DNA of 64,000 nucleotides from an uncultured candidate division Zixibacteria bacterium (GCA_963702205.1 OY969724.1:2400001-2464000); one strand, 5' to 3'. Positions 27,810 to 38,983 are shown, numbered from the stretch's first letter. A program made the numbers and translations. The notes: a model not told the origin generated them from the letters alone.

Positions 27810-29237
27810 ATGAAACGCCATATTTTATTCGCAGCCGTCCTGATCCTGGCGCTGGGGACGTTCTCGGTGGCCAGGGCGGACCGGATGGGGTATGACCCGA
27901 CAATCGACTATGGTTCATATCTCAAGATCGACCGATATCTTAATATCGAAGTATGGACCGATCACGATGATTATTACCAGGGGGATAATGTACAGTTTTC
28001 GTTCAAGACCAATGAGGATTGTTTTGTAGTCGTATACAACATCGATTCGCGTGGCGACGTGCATATTCTTTATCCCGCCGGGCCCAACGACGACATGCGG
28101 GTTCAGGGCGGACGAATCTATACGGTGCCGTCGACCAATGACGACTACGATTTAACGGTTCAGGGGCCGGAAGGAGTCGAATACCTTCAGGCGGTGGCAT
28201 CGCGGGAGCCGTTCGATTTGAATGACTGGGATGACAATCTATATTGCAACGATGACCCATACGATTTCATGGATTACATCAACACGACGTTTTTGGGGTG
28301 TAATTCGGATTGTCACCGGTCTTATGATTTGACCTCGTTTATGGTCAAGCAGTGGGACGATTACTATTTTCGCCCGGTTTATAACTATGACCGGCCGTAC
28401 TGGTCCTATGCGGGTTCGGTTTATGTCGATTACCCGTTCGGGGCTTCGATATATATCGACGGTGTCTACTGGGGCTGTGCGCCGCTGTTTATCCCGAGGA
28501 TATACTACGGTTGGCACTGGGTGACGGTGTATGATCATTCCGGTTATTGCTGGGAAGACCGTATTCAGGTGGTCAGGCGCAAGTCGGTCGTTTTGAACGA
28601 TACGGTTATCAGGACTAAAGCCAGCGTGCATTCGCGCTACAGAGACGTTCAAAATACCGGATATCGTGACCCCGTAAAAAGCGGATATACCGATTACAAC
28701 AAACAGATTGTCCGGAAGCGCGAAATACAGGCCACCCGCCAAAGCTCGCCGCAAGGCAGTGCGACGCGGATGCAGACAGAAAGCCGTAGCGGAACGCGCT
28801 ACAACGATCAGACGACCACATCGGGCCGGACAAGGGGAACGGACCAAACGCAGCAGCGGTCTACGGAACCGAGAGGCACCTACGAGCGCGGTTCGCGTTC
28901 GACGAGAAGTGGCAGCGATACCAATAATACAAGACAGGGAAGTACGCGCAGCACGACACGGCGTCCCGCCGGGGAAACGCGCTCAACTCAGAAGAGGTCA
29001 TCGGGATCGCGGTCGATTGAATCATCGTCGAGACGGTCCTCGGAGAGCCCGTCACGTTCGACGGGCAGCGGCCAGCGTTCGACTCAAAGAAGCCAGGCGC
29101 GAAGCCAGCCGAGAAGCGAACCGTCGTCGCCACCTTCGGTAAGGAGTTCAGGTCAGGAAAGACAGTCATCGGGCAGCAGCAGTGGTTCCCAGTCAAGGGG
29201 CGGCGGCAGCAGCTCGGAAGCGCGGCAAAGGCGCTAA
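27810..29237 (+). CDS. Secreted DUF4384-like protein with PEGA-like segment and long Ser/Arg-rich disordered tail
   Basis: YYQGDNVQFSFKTNEDCFVVVYNIDSRG...GPEGVEYLQAVAS; PFGASIYIDGVYWG; low-complexity C-terminus. Confidence 0.7.
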   Translation: MKRHILFAAVLILALGTFSVARADRMGYDPTIDYGSYLKIDRYLNIEVWTDHDDYYQGDNVQFSFKTNEDCFVVVYNIDSRGDVHILYPAGPNDDMRVQGGRIYTVPSTNDDYDLTVQGPEGVEYLQAVASREPFDLNDWDDNLYCNDDPYDFMDYINTTFLGCNSDCHRSYDLTSFMVKQWDDYYFRPVYNYDRPYWSYAGSVYVDYPFGASIYIDGVYWGCAPLFIPRIYYGWHWVTVYDHSGYCWEDRIQVVRRKSVVLNDTVIRTKASVHSRYRDVQNTGYRDPVKSGYTDYNKQIVRKREIQATRQSSPQGSATRMQTESRSGTRYNDQTTTSGRTRGTDQTQQRSTEPRGTYERGSRSTRSGSDTNNTRQGSTRSTTRRPAGETRSTQKRSSGSRSIESSSRRSSESPSRSTGSGQRSTQRSQARSQPRSEPSSPPSVRSSGQERQSSGSSSGSQSRGGGSSSEARQRR

Positions 29238-29258
29238 GAAATTAGTTGACTGATTGTC

Positions 29259-29288
29259 CGGGGGGCTGTAACATAAATACAGCCCCCG
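29259..29288. terminator. Hairpin after DUF4384-like gene
   Basis: CGGGGGCTGTA-like arm paired with TACAGCCCCCG; no T tract. Confidence 0.5.
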
Positions 29289-29299
29289 TGGAGTGAAAT

Positions 29300-29611
29300 A
29301 TGAAAAGATCATTAATTATCATAGTTGGTCTGGCGGTTCTGTTTTTGCAGGTGCCGGTTCCGGCCGTGGAAATACAGAAAGACACGGTCGAGAATAAGCA
29401 ACAAGTAAAGCAGGATAACAACGCTTTGAAAAGCAATCACGATACGGCCGGGCAGCAGCAAGCGCCGACGGAAATCAAAACCAATCAGAACAAAACCAAT
29501 CCGGCGCCGAAGGATTGCGACAATTTCGTAGATAAGAATAACAACGGTATCGACGACCGCGCGGAAAAAAAGAACACCACAAGTCCCGGTGAGACTAAAT
29601 CGAAGAAATAG
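29300..29611 (+). CDS. Small secreted hypothetical protein
   Basis: GGAG RBS; signal peptide; Ca-binding-like FVDKNNNGIDD. Confidence 0.7.
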   Translation: MKRSLIIIVGLAVLFLQVPVPAVEIQKDTVENKQQVKQDNNALKSNHDTAGQQQAPTEIKTNQNKTNPAPKDCDNFVDKNNNGIDDRAEKKNTTSPGETKSKK

Positions 29612-29661
29612 GTATATTTCAGCAGCTTTTTGTCATATCCCGTATTTCCAATATAAATGTC

Positions 29662-29690
29662 TTGACATACCCCTTATTTTTTGATAGAAT
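29662..29690 (+). promoter_or_regulatory. sigma70 promoter of hrcA operon
   Basis: TTGACA-N17-TAGAAT with extended TG. Confidence 0.85.
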
Positions 29691-29692
29691 TT

Positions 29693-29719
29693 TTGGCACT
29701 CTTAAACAACGATTGCTAA
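29693..29719. promoter_or_regulatory. CIRCE operator
   Basis: TTGGCACTC-N9-GATTGCTAA versus TTAGCACTC-N9-GAGTGCTAA, upstream of hrcA. Confidence 0.92.
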
Positions 29720-29755
29720 ACCTTTTGACTAAGTTATTGTTTAAGTAGAAGTAAG

Positions 29756-30802
29756 ATGGCTTTTGAGAACTTATCATCGCGCGAGAAAAGGGTTTTACAG
29801 AACCTGATTACTCATTATGTCCAGACGGCGGACCCGGTCGGCTCGCGGGTGATTGCCAATAAATTTCGTATGGGTCTGTCTCCGGCAACCATTCGCAACA
29901 CGATGCAGGACCTGGAGGAGATGGGGCTGATCTCGCAGCCGCATACGTCGGCGGGCCGTATCCCGACCGACACCGGGTACCGTTTCTTTGTCGATGCCCT
30001 GCTCAAGCGGGAGCCGTTGACGGAAAATGAAAAGAAACTGATTGAAACGATCGTTCGCCAGGGCGGCAAAGGAATAGATTCTATTTTATCACAAACAAGC
30101 AAGGTGCTAAGCGAGATTACGAGTCAATTAGGATTGAGTATATCGCCGCGTTTCGAAGAGGGAACACTGCGCAAGATAGACCTTATTCCGGTCTCGGACG
30201 GGAAAATACTGGTAATTGTCGCCGTCAAGGGCGGTTTTGCGAGGTCAATCCTAATGGAGTTGGAATCGGATATCCCCGAAAGTGAATTCCGCGAAATCGA
30301 GTCCATATTGAACGAAAGGTTGTGCGGAAATACGCTGGGGCATATTAGAAAAACAATCAGCGAACGCCTGGCCGACACGACTCTTTCGCCCCGGCTGATC
30401 AAGCTGTTTGTCGATGCTTCGTCGGAAATCTGGTCCGATAACGCCGATGATAAACTTATCACGGTCGGCACGGACAATCTTATCATGCAGCCGGAATTCG
30501 CCAGCAGAGAGCGTATCACCGATATCGTGAAACTTCTCGAAGACAAAAAAGAACTTAAGGAATATATCAGTACCAGGTCGATCGGCGAGGGGATTATAAT
30601 AACTATCGGCGAAGAAAACACGATCGAGCGGATAAAGAACTGCTCGATGGTGACCTCAAGCTACAATGCGGGCAAGATTAAAGGGACAATCGGCATTATC
30701 GGGCCGACCCGTATGGCATACTCCAAACTGATCTCGATCGTGGAATATACGGCCCGGTCGCTGACGGCGGCACTGTCGGGGTCTCAGGGAGAGGAAGAAT
30801 AA
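29756..30802 (+). CDS. hrcA: Heat-inducible transcription repressor
   Basis: PVGSR, SPATIRN, QPHTSAGRIPTDTGYR, IIGPTRMAY. Confidence 0.97.
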   Translation: MAFENLSSREKRVLQNLITHYVQTADPVGSRVIANKFRMGLSPATIRNTMQDLEEMGLISQPHTSAGRIPTDTGYRFFVDALLKREPLTENEKKLIETIVRQGGKGIDSILSQTSKVLSEITSQLGLSISPRFEEGTLRKIDLIPVSDGKILVIVAVKGGFARSILMELESDIPESEFREIESILNERLCGNTLGHIRKTISERLADTTLSPRLIKLFVDASSEIWSDNADDKLITVGTDNLIMQPEFASRERITDIVKLLEDKKELKEYISTRSIGEGIIITIGEENTIERIKNCSMVTSSYNAGKIKGTIGIIGPTRMAYSKLISIVEYTARSLTAALSGSQGEEE

Positions 30803-30805
30803 ACG

Positions 30806-31435
30806 ATGAGCAAACATAAACATGACGGCAATGAAGACAGGCACGAAATAAAAGTGGAATTCAAAGATAAAGATGACGAAACTGTCGCGGCGGAAACGGC
30901 CGAGACGAAATCGGAAAAAGCGCCTAAAGCGGGCCAAGAGATTTACGAAGAAACCATAGCCGGGCTCGACGAGAAACTGAAAGAGGCCGAGGATAAATAT
31001 CTCCGGCTGGCGGCGGAGTTCGATAATTTTCGCAAACGGACGGCGCGTCAGTTCGAGGATATGTCACAGGCCGGACGGGTCCATGTGATCGCACAGCTGT
31101 TGACCGTGCTCGATAATTTCCAGCGAGCGCTCGATGCCTCGGCCAATTCTTCGAGCCACGACAGTCTGCGCGAGGGCACGGAACTGGTTTACAAAAACCT
31201 GTATGACGTTCTGACTAAAGAAGGTTTGGAGCCGATCGAGGCGGTGGGTAAACCGTTCGACCCGAATCTTCACGACGCTTTAATGCAGCTCGAATCCGAC
31301 GAACACCCCGAGGGAATCGTTGTTCAGGAAATTGTAAAAGGATATAAGTTGAATGACAGGGTTCTGAGGCATTCGAAAGTGGCGGTCAGTAAAGGACCGG
31401 GCGGGAAAAGTGATGCCTCGGAAAATGACGATTGA
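30806..31435 (+). CDS. grpE: Nucleotide exchange factor GrpE
   Basis: LRLAAEFDNFRKR, FDPNLHDA, GYKLNDRVLR. Confidence 0.97.
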   Translation: MSKHKHDGNEDRHEIKVEFKDKDDETVAAETAETKSEKAPKAGQEIYEETIAGLDEKLKEAEDKYLRLAAEFDNFRKRTARQFEDMSQAGRVHVIAQLLTVLDNFQRALDASANSSSHDSLREGTELVYKNLYDVLTKEGLEPIEAVGKPFDPNLHDALMQLESDEHPEGIVVQEIVKGYKLNDRVLRHSKVAVSKGPGGKSDASENDD

Positions 31436-31466
31436 TAATATTGCAGAAGTTCAAAGGAGATAAATA

Positions 31467-33395
31467 ATGGCCAAAATCATAGGAATCGACCTGGGGACAA
31501 CCAACTCATGCGTGGCCGTTCTGGAAGGCAACGACGCCACGGTAATAGCCAACAAGGAAGGCGGCCGGACGACGCCGTCGGTGGTGGCGTTCACGAAGGA
31601 CGGCGAGCGGCTGGTGGGAGCGGCGGCCAAACGCCAGGCCGTGACGAATCCGGATAATACGGTATTTTCGATCAAGCGCTTTATGGGGCGGCACCACAAC
31701 GAAGTACAGGAAGAAGAAAAGATCGTGCCGTACAAGGTCGAAGCCGATGAAAAGGGCGAGGTGGTTGTGCTGGTCGGTGGACAGAAATACGCCCCGCCGC
31801 AGATTTCGGCCATGATCCTTCAGTCACTCAAGAAGACGGCCGAGGATTATCTTGGGATGGAAGTGACGCAGGCCGTCATTACGGTCCCGGCCTATTTCAA
31901 CGATTCCCAACGTCAGGCCACCAAGGATGCCGGCAAGATTGCCGGGCTGGAAGTGCTTCGCATTATCAACGAGCCGACCGCGGCTTCGCTGGCGTATGGC
32001 CTTCAGAAGAAGAAAAATGAAAAGATCGCGGTCTACGATTTGGGCGGCGGGACGTTCGATATCTCGATTCTTGAATTGGGTGATGGTGTGTTTGAGGTGC
32101 GTTCGACCAACGGCGACGGGCATCTCGGCGGCGATGATTTTGACCAGAAAATAATCAACTGGATGGCCGATGAGTTCAGGAAGACGAACAGCATAGATTT
32201 GCGTCAGGATCGGATGGCGTTACAGCGGCTCAAAGAAGCGGCCGAAAAAGCCAAGTGCGAACTTTCGACAACGATGCAGACCAATATAAATTTGCCGTTC
32301 ATTACGGCCGATCAGTCGGGGCCGAGGCATCTTGACCTTACTCTCAGCCGGGCCAGGCTGGAGCAGTTGACCGACGATCTTCTGCAGCGGACTATCGGTC
32401 CGTGCCGCCAGGCGCTTCAGGATGCGAAACTTTCGGCCAACGAAATCGACGAAGTTATTCTCGTTGGCGGGCAGACCCGTATGCCCAAAGTGCATGATAT
32501 AGTCAAAGAGCTGTTCGGCAAAGAACCCAATCGCGGCGTCAACCCGGATGAGGTAGTGGCGATCGGGGCGGCCATACAGGGCGGCGTGTTGGCCGGGGAT
32601 ATGAAGGACGTCGTTCTTCTCGATGTAACGCCGCTGTCGCTGGGAATTGAAACACTGGGTGGCGTTCTGACGACTCTTATTGAGCGCAATACAACTATCC
32701 CGACCCGAAAAAGCCAGATATTTTCGACCGCGTCCGATAATCAACCGGCGGTAAGTATTCATGTTTTGCAGGGTGAGCGCCGGATGGCTATCGATAACCG
32801 GACGCTCGGCCGTTTCGATCTGGTCGGTATTCCGCCTGCGCCGAGAGGCATTCCCCAGATTGAAGTGTCGTTCGATATCGACGCCAACGGTATCGTCCAT
32901 GTTTCGGCCAAGGATCTGGGGACGGGCAAGGAGCAGTCGATCCGAATACAGTCGTCGTCGGGTTTGTCCAATGAAGAAATCGACAAGATGGTCAAAGACG
33001 CCGAATCACACGCCGAGGAGGACAAAAATAAAGAGGCTCTAATCAAGGCGCGCAACGAGGCGGATCAGCTGGTGTATACCACCGAAAAAACGCTAAAGGA
33101 ACACGGCGACAAACTCTCCGATGACGATAAGAAAACGGTCAATGAAAAGCTCGAAGCGCTGAAAGCGGTGCAGACATCCGAAGATGCCGAAACGATCAAC
33201 AAAGCCAAGGAAGAGTTGATGCAGGCGTCGCATAAGCTGGCGGAAGAAATCTACAAACATGCTCAGTCTCAACAACAGCAGGCCCCGGGCGGCGGACCGG
33301 AAGGGGCCGGTGCGACCGACCCCGGTCAGCAGGAAACCAAGGATGACGGTGCCGTCGACGCCGATTTCGAGGTCGTTGACGATAAAGATAAATAA
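31467..33395 (+). CDS. dnaK: Chaperone DnaK
   Basis: [38 protein letters not shown]. Confidence 0.99.
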   Translation: MAKIIGIDLGTTNSCVAVLEGNDATVIANKEGGRTTPSVVAFTKDGERLVGAAAKRQAVTNPDNTVFSIKRFMGRHHNEVQEEEKIVPYKVEADEKGEVVVLVGGQKYAPPQISAMILQSLKKTAEDYLGMEVTQAVITVPAYFNDSQRQATKDAGKIAGLEVLRIINEPTAASLAYGLQKKKNEKIAVYDLGGGTFDISILELGDGVFEVRSTNGDGHLGGDDFDQKIINWMADEFRKTNSIDLRQDRMALQRLKEAAEKAKCELSTTMQTNINLPFITADQSGPRHLDLTLSRARLEQLTDDLLQRTIGPCRQALQDAKLSANEIDEVILVGGQTRMPKVHDIVKELFGKEPNRGVNPDEVVAIGAAIQGGVLAGDMKDVVLLDVTPLSLGIETLGGVLTTLIERNTTIPTRKSQIFSTASDNQPAVSIHVLQGERRMAIDNRTLGRFDLVGIPPAPRGIPQIEVSFDIDANGIVHVSAKDLGTGKEQSIRIQSSSGLSNEEIDKMVKDAESHAEEDKNKEALIKARNEADQLVYTTEKTLKEHGDKLSDDDKKTVNEKLEALKAVQTSEDAETINKAKEELMQASHKLAEEIYKHAQSQQQQAPGGGPEGAGATDPGQQETKDDGAVDADFEVVDDKDK

Positions 33396-33439
33396 TTAGT
33401 AACAATTATATTAGAGTAATCATATAAAGTAATACATTA

Positions 33440-34603
33440 ATGCCAAAAAGAGACTATTATGAGGTACTTGGGGTGGCGCGCGGTGCCTCCGAGGATGAAA
33501 TAAAATCGGCTTATCGCAAGCTGGCGCTCAAGTTTCATCCCGACCGCAATCCGGGAGACAAGTCGGCGGAAGAGAGTTTCAAAGAGGCGACCGAGGCGTA
33601 TGAAGTTCTCAAGGATCCACAGAAGCGGCAGACCTATAACCAGTTCGGTCATCAGGGTTTGTCGGGCGGCGGATTCGGCCAGGGCGGTTTCGGATTTGGC
33701 GGCTTCGATATCAGCGACGCCCTGAGGGCTTTCATGCGCGATTTTGGCGGCGGGTTCGGCGGCGGAATTTTCGAGGACCTTTTCGGCGGGGGTGGATCGC
33801 GGGGGGACAGGTACAACCGCGGTGAAGATTTGAAGGCGGCTGTCAATCTGACGCTTGAGGAAATTTATTCAGGGACCGAGAAGACGCTGCGTGTCAATCG
33901 CTATGAAACCTGTGGAGAGTGCAGCGGTTCCGGCCTGGCGCCGGGCGCATCGCGGCAAACCTGCCCTGATTGTCGGGGAGCGGGCCAGGTACGGACGGTA
34001 ACCCGGACGTTTCTCGGGACGGTGCAGCAGGTGCGGACCTGCCCGCGCTGTCGCGGAACGGGGGAGACGATAAGCACGCCGTGTCCGACCTGTGGCGGCG
34101 AAGGTCGCGTCAAAAACGTTGGGAAAGTAAAGGTCAAAGTGCCCAAAGGGGTATCATCGGGTAATTATATGTCGCTGTCCGAACAGGGAAACGTCGGTCG
34201 CCATAACGGGCAAAAAGGCGACTTAGTCGTCATCTTCAGAGAGAAAGAGCACGATATATTTACCCGTCAGGGTGACAACGTTATTTGCGAGGTTCCGATT
34301 TCGTTTACGAAAGCGGCGCTGGGCGGGAATATAAATGTGCCGTCGCTCAACGGTGACCTCGATCTCAAGGTTCCTCCGGGCACGCAGACGGGCAAGGTCT
34401 TCCGTATGCGGGGTAAAGGACTGCCGCGCCTCAACGTCCATGGGAGCGGCGATCAACTGGTGCAGGTTACGGTCTGGACGCCGACGAAGCTTTCGTCGGA
34501 CGACCGCAAAATTCTCGAAACGCTGGATTCCTCGGAATCATTTGCACCGCCCGAGCCGAACCGCTCCTTTTTTCATAAACTAAGGGAATCATTGGGATTC
34601 TAA
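33440..34603 (+). CDS. dnaJ: Chaperone DnaJ
   Basis: J-domain HPD, G/F region, four CxxCxGxG repeats. Confidence 0.98.
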   Translation: MPKRDYYEVLGVARGASEDEIKSAYRKLALKFHPDRNPGDKSAEESFKEATEAYEVLKDPQKRQTYNQFGHQGLSGGGFGQGGFGFGGFDISDALRAFMRDFGGGFGGGIFEDLFGGGGSRGDRYNRGEDLKAAVNLTLEEIYSGTEKTLRVNRYETCGECSGSGLAPGASRQTCPDCRGAGQVRTVTRTFLGTVQQVRTCPRCRGTGETISTPCPTCGGEGRVKNVGKVKVKVPKGVSSGNYMSLSEQGNVGRHNGQKGDLVVIFREKEHDIFTRQGDNVICEVPISFTKAALGGNINVPSLNGDLDLKVPPGTQTGKVFRMRGKGLPRLNVHGSGDQLVQVTVWTPTKLSSDDRKILETLDSSESFAPPEPNRSFFHKLRESLGF

Positions 34604-34604
34604 G

Positions 34605-35489
34605 ATGGATGAATCCTCACGATTTTCGGAAAGTTATTACGAGATTCGTGTGTTTGTCCCCGAGTCGGTTCACGACGCCGTGGGCAGTTTCATAATCGAT
34701 AATTATGCACAGGGTTTGTTCCTTGACGAGACAACGCGTCCGGGGCTGATCGGGGTCGGATTTTATATGCCGTACGGGGATATTTCATCAGTAAAAGAAG
34801 ACCTATTGAACTATGCCAGGTCTATTACGCCAGATCATAAAATCGAAGACAATCATATTATTATAAGGCTGGTCGTAACCGAGGACTGGCAGGAGAAATT
34901 TCGCCAGTCAATCCGTCCGATCGCAATAGAGAATATTTATATCCGCCCGCCCTGGGAAAAAAAGAACCCGGACTTCGACGTCGATATCGTAATCGAACCG
35001 CGTATGGCGTTCGGGACGGGTCACCATGAATCGACTATAATGTGCCTTAAGGCAATCAATAAATATATCAAAGACGGGCAGGGATTTTTTGACCTTGGCT
35101 GCGGTTCGGGGATATTGTCCATCCTGGCCGCCGGGCTGGGGGCGAGTCCCGTGCTGGCGGTGGATATCGATTTGGCGGCGGTCGAAAATGCCAGAGAGAA
35201 CGCGGCTTTGAACAGATTGGAAGATAAGATAATCGTAGAGTACGGTTCTATCGAAAAGTCCGGACTAAAGGGGATGTACGATTTTATCGCCGCCAATATT
35301 ATAAAAAGCACGCTTGTTGATTTATTGCCGGACATTTATAAGGCGACGAGTGAATCAGGTATTATAATACTATCCGGTCTTCTGGCAGAAGAAGAGGAAG
35401 AATTAATGCAATTGCTGAAGTCCTATGAATACCGGAATATAGAGAGAAATTATGACGGCCAGTGGCTGTCGCTGGTGATCTTAAAATGA
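34605..35489 (+). CDS. prmA: Ribosomal protein L11 methyltransferase
   Basis: EPRMAFGTGHHEST, DLGCGSGIL, AANI, LSGL. Confidence 0.93.
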   Translation: MDESSRFSESYYEIRVFVPESVHDAVGSFIIDNYAQGLFLDETTRPGLIGVGFYMPYGDISSVKEDLLNYARSITPDHKIEDNHIIIRLVVTEDWQEKFRQSIRPIAIENIYIRPPWEKKNPDFDVDIVIEPRMAFGTGHHESTIMCLKAINKYIKDGQGFFDLGCGSGILSILAAGLGASPVLAVDIDLAAVENARENAALNRLEDKIIVEYGSIEKSGLKGMYDFIAANIIKSTLVDLLPDIYKATSESGIIILSGLLAEEEEELMQLLKSYEYRNIERNYDGQWLSLVILK

Positions 35490-36232
35490 GACTGCCGATT
35501 TTTTATGCGGCGCCCGAGCAGGTTGGGGATGAAAGCATTGTACTTTCCGGGCCCGAAGCTCATCACGCGCAAAATGTCATGCGGCTGAAAAAAGGTGAAC
35601 CACTGATTGTGGTCGACGGATTCGGCAATGCCTTCCGCTGTGAGATAACCCGCTACAATGCCAAAAAAACAGAATGTCATATATTCTCGCGAATCCGGAA
35701 TTTCGGGGAACCGGCGGTGAAAGTGACGCTGGCGTGCGGGCTGTCGGTCGGGACCAAGCTCGATGATATTATTCAGCGCTGCACCGAACTTGGTGTTTCG
35801 AGGCTGGTTCCTTTGCTGACCGAGAAGTCGAAGGTGCGAATCGATGACGAACGTAAGGCCGCCGCCAAAGTGGGACGCTGGCGGAAGGTAGCGATAGCGT
35901 CGATGAAACAAACCGGGCGGTCGGTCATTCCTGAGATTTGGTCGCCGGTCAGTCCGGAGAAGCTGTTTGAGGATTATGAACCACCGGGCTTGCGCATAAT
36001 ATTCGATCCTGACGCGGGGACGATAAATCTTGCCAATCTGAAGATTCCTCCGGGGACGGGACATATTCTTCTCCTGGTCGGGCCGGAATCCGGTTTTTCG
36101 CCCGACGAGGTTCGTCTGGCTCAAAAAAATGATTGCCTGGTTCTGTCTCTCGGCCAGAGGATTCTCCGCGCGGAGAACGCCGCCCCGACGGCGCTGGCGC
36201 TGATTATGCAGAGGTTGGGTGAATTTAATTAA
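35486..36232 (+). CDS. rsmE: 16S rRNA m3U1498 methyltransferase
   Basis: HHAQNVMR, TELGV, VGPESGF, LGQRILRAENA. Confidence 0.93.
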   Translation: MRLPIFYAAPEQVGDESIVLSGPEAHHAQNVMRLKKGEPLIVVDGFGNAFRCEITRYNAKKTECHIFSRIRNFGEPAVKVTLACGLSVGTKLDDIIQRCTELGVSRLVPLLTEKSKVRIDDERKAAAKVGRWRKVAIASMKQTGRSVIPEIWSPVSPEKLFEDYEPPGLRIIFDPDAGTINLANLKIPPGTGHILLLVGPESGFSPDEVRLAQKNDCLVLSLGQRILRAENAAPTALALIMQRLGEFN

Positions 36233-36251
36233 ATCATGATTCTGTCGATAA
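36225..36251 (+). promoter_or_regulatory. Putative sigma28-type promoter (leaderless) before pilD
   Basis: TTAA-N15-GTCGATAA ending 7 nt before ATG. Confidence 0.5.
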
Positions 36252-36258
36252 TTCCAAT

Positions 36259-37041
36259 ATGCACATGGTCTGGATTTATATATGGGTGGGGATGCTTGGC
36301 CTGGCGGTCGGATCTTTTTTAAACGTCCTGATCTATCGCCTGCCTCGTCAGATAAAAATCGGCCTGTCGAGGTCATTTTGTCCATCGTGCCGAACGCAGA
36401 TTCCATTTTATGATAACATCCCGCTGATAAGTTACCTGTTGTTGGGTGGCAGATGCCGTCGCTGTAAGGCGGCTATTTCTCCGCGCTACCCGGCGGTCGA
36501 GCTTTTAAACGGACTTATATTCGTCTTTTTCTTTTATGATTTCGGGCTGTCAGTTGAATTTTTTATCTATGCTTTTGTTTCAGCGGTTCTGCTTTCGATC
36601 ATTTTCATCGACGTCGAATTTCAGTTGATACCCGATTATTTAACCATCCCGGGTATGGTAGTCGGGCTGGCGGTTTCGCTGACTCCATCGGGGATCGGGA
36701 TTGTTTCGTCGGTCATCGGTCTGGTGGTCGGCGGGGGTGTGCTGTATTTGATCGCTCTGCTGGGCGACTGGCTTTTCAAGAAGGACAGTATGGGCGGCGG
36801 CGATATAAAGATGGCCGCAATGCTGGGGGCGTTTCTGGGCTGGCAAAAGGTCATTTTCATATTTTTCGCGGCCGCGGCGATAGGGCTGGTGGCGTCGATA
36901 ATAATCATGGCCTTTTCGAAAAAAGTCCGCGCGAGCCGGATGATTCCGTTTGGGCCGTTTCTGGCTATGGCCGGTTATGTGGCCATTTTATACGGCGACC
37001 GGCTGATTAGCCTGTATATCAATAATTTCTGGCGGATTTAG
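36259..37041 (+). CDS. pilD: Prepilin peptidase
   Basis: GSFLNV.IYRLP, two CxxC, ISPRYP, MGGGDIK, IPFGPFL. Confidence 0.95.
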   Translation: MHMVWIYIWVGMLGLAVGSFLNVLIYRLPRQIKIGLSRSFCPSCRTQIPFYDNIPLISYLLLGGRCRRCKAAISPRYPAVELLNGLIFVFFFYDFGLSVEFFIYAFVSAVLLSIIFIDVEFQLIPDYLTIPGMVVGLAVSLTPSGIGIVSSVIGLVVGGGVLYLIALLGDWLFKKDSMGGGDIKMAAMLGAFLGWQKVIFIFFAAAAIGLVASIIIMAFSKKVRASRMIPFGPFLAMAGYVAILYGDRLISLYINNFWRI

Positions 37042-37061
37042 AGCCGATTTCCGCATTCCGT

Positions 37062-37088
37062 TTAACCGCCCGCGTTTCCTGTCGATAT
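37062..37088 (+). promoter_or_regulatory. Putative sigma28-type promoter (leaderless) before sensor kinase
   Basis: TTAA-N15-GTCGATAT ending 6 nt before ATG. Confidence 0.5.
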
Positions 37089-37094
37089 TAGAAT

Positions 37095-38939
37095 ATGAAC
37101 TCACGGAAAAGAAAGACCGGCTATCGCTGGGAACTGACACTGGGTCTGGCCCTGATTATTCTGGTGCTGGTGATTTTGAATATCGCCTCGCACTACGCCA
37201 TGTTTCGGCTCAAGGATTCGCTGCTGGCGACGGCCCGCGATAATCTCTCGGAAAGCGCTTTTGCCATAGCGACGCGCATGATAGATACTGACAAAACGAA
37301 GCTTTCGCCGGAAGACAGGGACAGGATCGGCAAAGAATATTCGTTCACAGGACTCGACGTGATTCATCTGAATTACGAGCGGGCTTTGAGTCTGCGAAAG
37401 GGTGAACTTCCCGATTCAGCATTTTTTGTAATAGACCCGGATGTAAAAGCGTCCGAGTTATTGCCGCTCTTATCGCAAAACGACGTTTTCATTCACAGGG
37501 GCGGTGATCTTAACTTGCATTATCTTCATTCGGTCGAAATCGATGGTTCGACGTACATTCTGCACTTACAATCAGAAGACAGAATTCTGGCGGCGCTCGA
37601 ACGGGCCGGCCGAGTCCTTGTATTCTTCGGATTTCTCGGTGTGGCGATTATCATTTTTGTTTCATACACGTTCATCCGCAAAGCGACGCGACCGATAACG
37701 CGGCTGAGGGAACAGGCCGAAAGCACCGGGCATTATAATGCAGACAACCGGGACGAAATCGGTGAGCTGATTCGTTCATACGAGAAAATAATCGGTGATT
37801 TGAAGGACAACGAAGCCGAACTGATGCGCCTCAATGAGATGATAAAATTCCGAGCGGATCGGCTGGAGGCTCATAATGAATATATTCTCGGTTCGATTCC
37901 GAGTGGCATAATAACGCTCGATAATGATGGTTGCATTTCAAGCGCCAACCGGGCCATAGGCCGTATTCTTGGCCTCGATGCGGAGACGCTTGGGGGACAG
38001 CCTTTCGTGATGGTTCTTGAAGAATACGGCGAAATATGCAATCATATACGGGCTTTCGTTGGAGATGGGGAGCCTTTTAACAATCAGGAAATTATTCTCT
38101 CCGGACCAAATGGAGAGAGAAGGGTTCTGGCGGTTTCGGTAAACGGTTTGCGCGACGGGCAAAATAATAAAATAGGCACATCGGTTTTGATCAACGACAT
38201 GACCGAACTTGACCGCCTGCAGAAGGAAATCGAAGCCAAAAACGCAATGGCGCTGTTGGGCGAAATGTCCGGCGGGCTGGCTCATCAGTTGAGAAATTCG
38301 ATGGCGGCGATTGTCGGGCTGGGAAGATTGATTGCGAAAAAGGTCGACCCGGAGCAGCCGGCCGGGAAAAACGCCGCATTGATTCTTAGGGAATCGCTCG
38401 AAGCCGAGACCCTGGTTTCGCGGTTTCTTGATTTCGCACGTCCGCTGGAATTGAATGACGGTCCATTTGATATTGAAGATATGCTTTTGGAAGTAATAGC
38501 GATTCATAAGAATAAATATACAAATATAAACTATTGCTTTAATAATGATTCCGGTAAAGATGTCTTAAACGGGGACCGGCTGCTATTAAAACAGGCTATC
38601 AGCAATATTGTCGATAATGCCTCCCGGGCCTGCGATGGACAAGGGACGATAAATGTAAATCTTAGGGCCGCTGATAAAGCTTTTCATATTGATATTGTCG
38701 ATGACGGGCCGGGGATCCCGGACGATATCGGCGACAAGATATTCGCCCCGTTCTATTCGACCAGTCCGTCGGGGACAGGATTGGGTCTTCCGCTGGCCCG
38801 AAAAATCATCCTTCTGCATGAGGGTTATCTCGGATTCGAAAAGAATCCCAATGGCGGAACGGTTTTCAGTATCTCACTGCCGCTGTCGCGTTCGCATACA
38901 TCGCCCTTGTATTCCGACAAATCCGTTGCCTCTCTTTAA
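37095..38939 (+). CDS. Membrane sensor histidine kinase (HAMP-PAS-HisKA-HATPase)
   Basis: Two TM segments, DEIGEL, LAHQLRN, NIVDNA, DDGPGI, GTGLGL. Confidence 0.93.
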   Translation: MNSRKRKTGYRWELTLGLALIILVLVILNIASHYAMFRLKDSLLATARDNLSESAFAIATRMIDTDKTKLSPEDRDRIGKEYSFTGLDVIHLNYERALSLRKGELPDSAFFVIDPDVKASELLPLLSQNDVFIHRGGDLNLHYLHSVEIDGSTYILHLQSEDRILAALERAGRVLVFFGFLGVAIIIFVSYTFIRKATRPITRLREQAESTGHYNADNRDEIGELIRSYEKIIGDLKDNEAELMRLNEMIKFRADRLEAHNEYILGSIPSGIITLDNDGCISSANRAIGRILGLDAETLGGQPFVMVLEEYGEICNHIRAFVGDGEPFNNQEIILSGPNGERRVLAVSVNGLRDGQNNKIGTSVLINDMTELDRLQKEIEAKNAMALLGEMSGGLAHQLRNSMAAIVGLGRLIAKKVDPEQPAGKNAALILRESLEAETLVSRFLDFARPLELNDGPFDIEDMLLEVIAIHKNKYTNINYCFNNDSGKDVLNGDRLLLKQAISNIVDNASRACDGQGTINVNLRAADKAFHIDIVDDGPGIPDDIGDKIFAPFYSTSPSGTGLGLPLARKIILLHEGYLGFEKNPNGGTVFSISLPLSRSHTSPLYSDKSVASL

Positions 38940-38983
38940 GCATTTTAATATATTGCCGCCTGAAAAATGGAGGATTCCTGCAA

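Noticed and set aside
28700..29237. Low-complexity region as a DNA repeat element
   Set aside because: Explained by the Ser/Arg-rich coding tail; there is no exact repeat unit.
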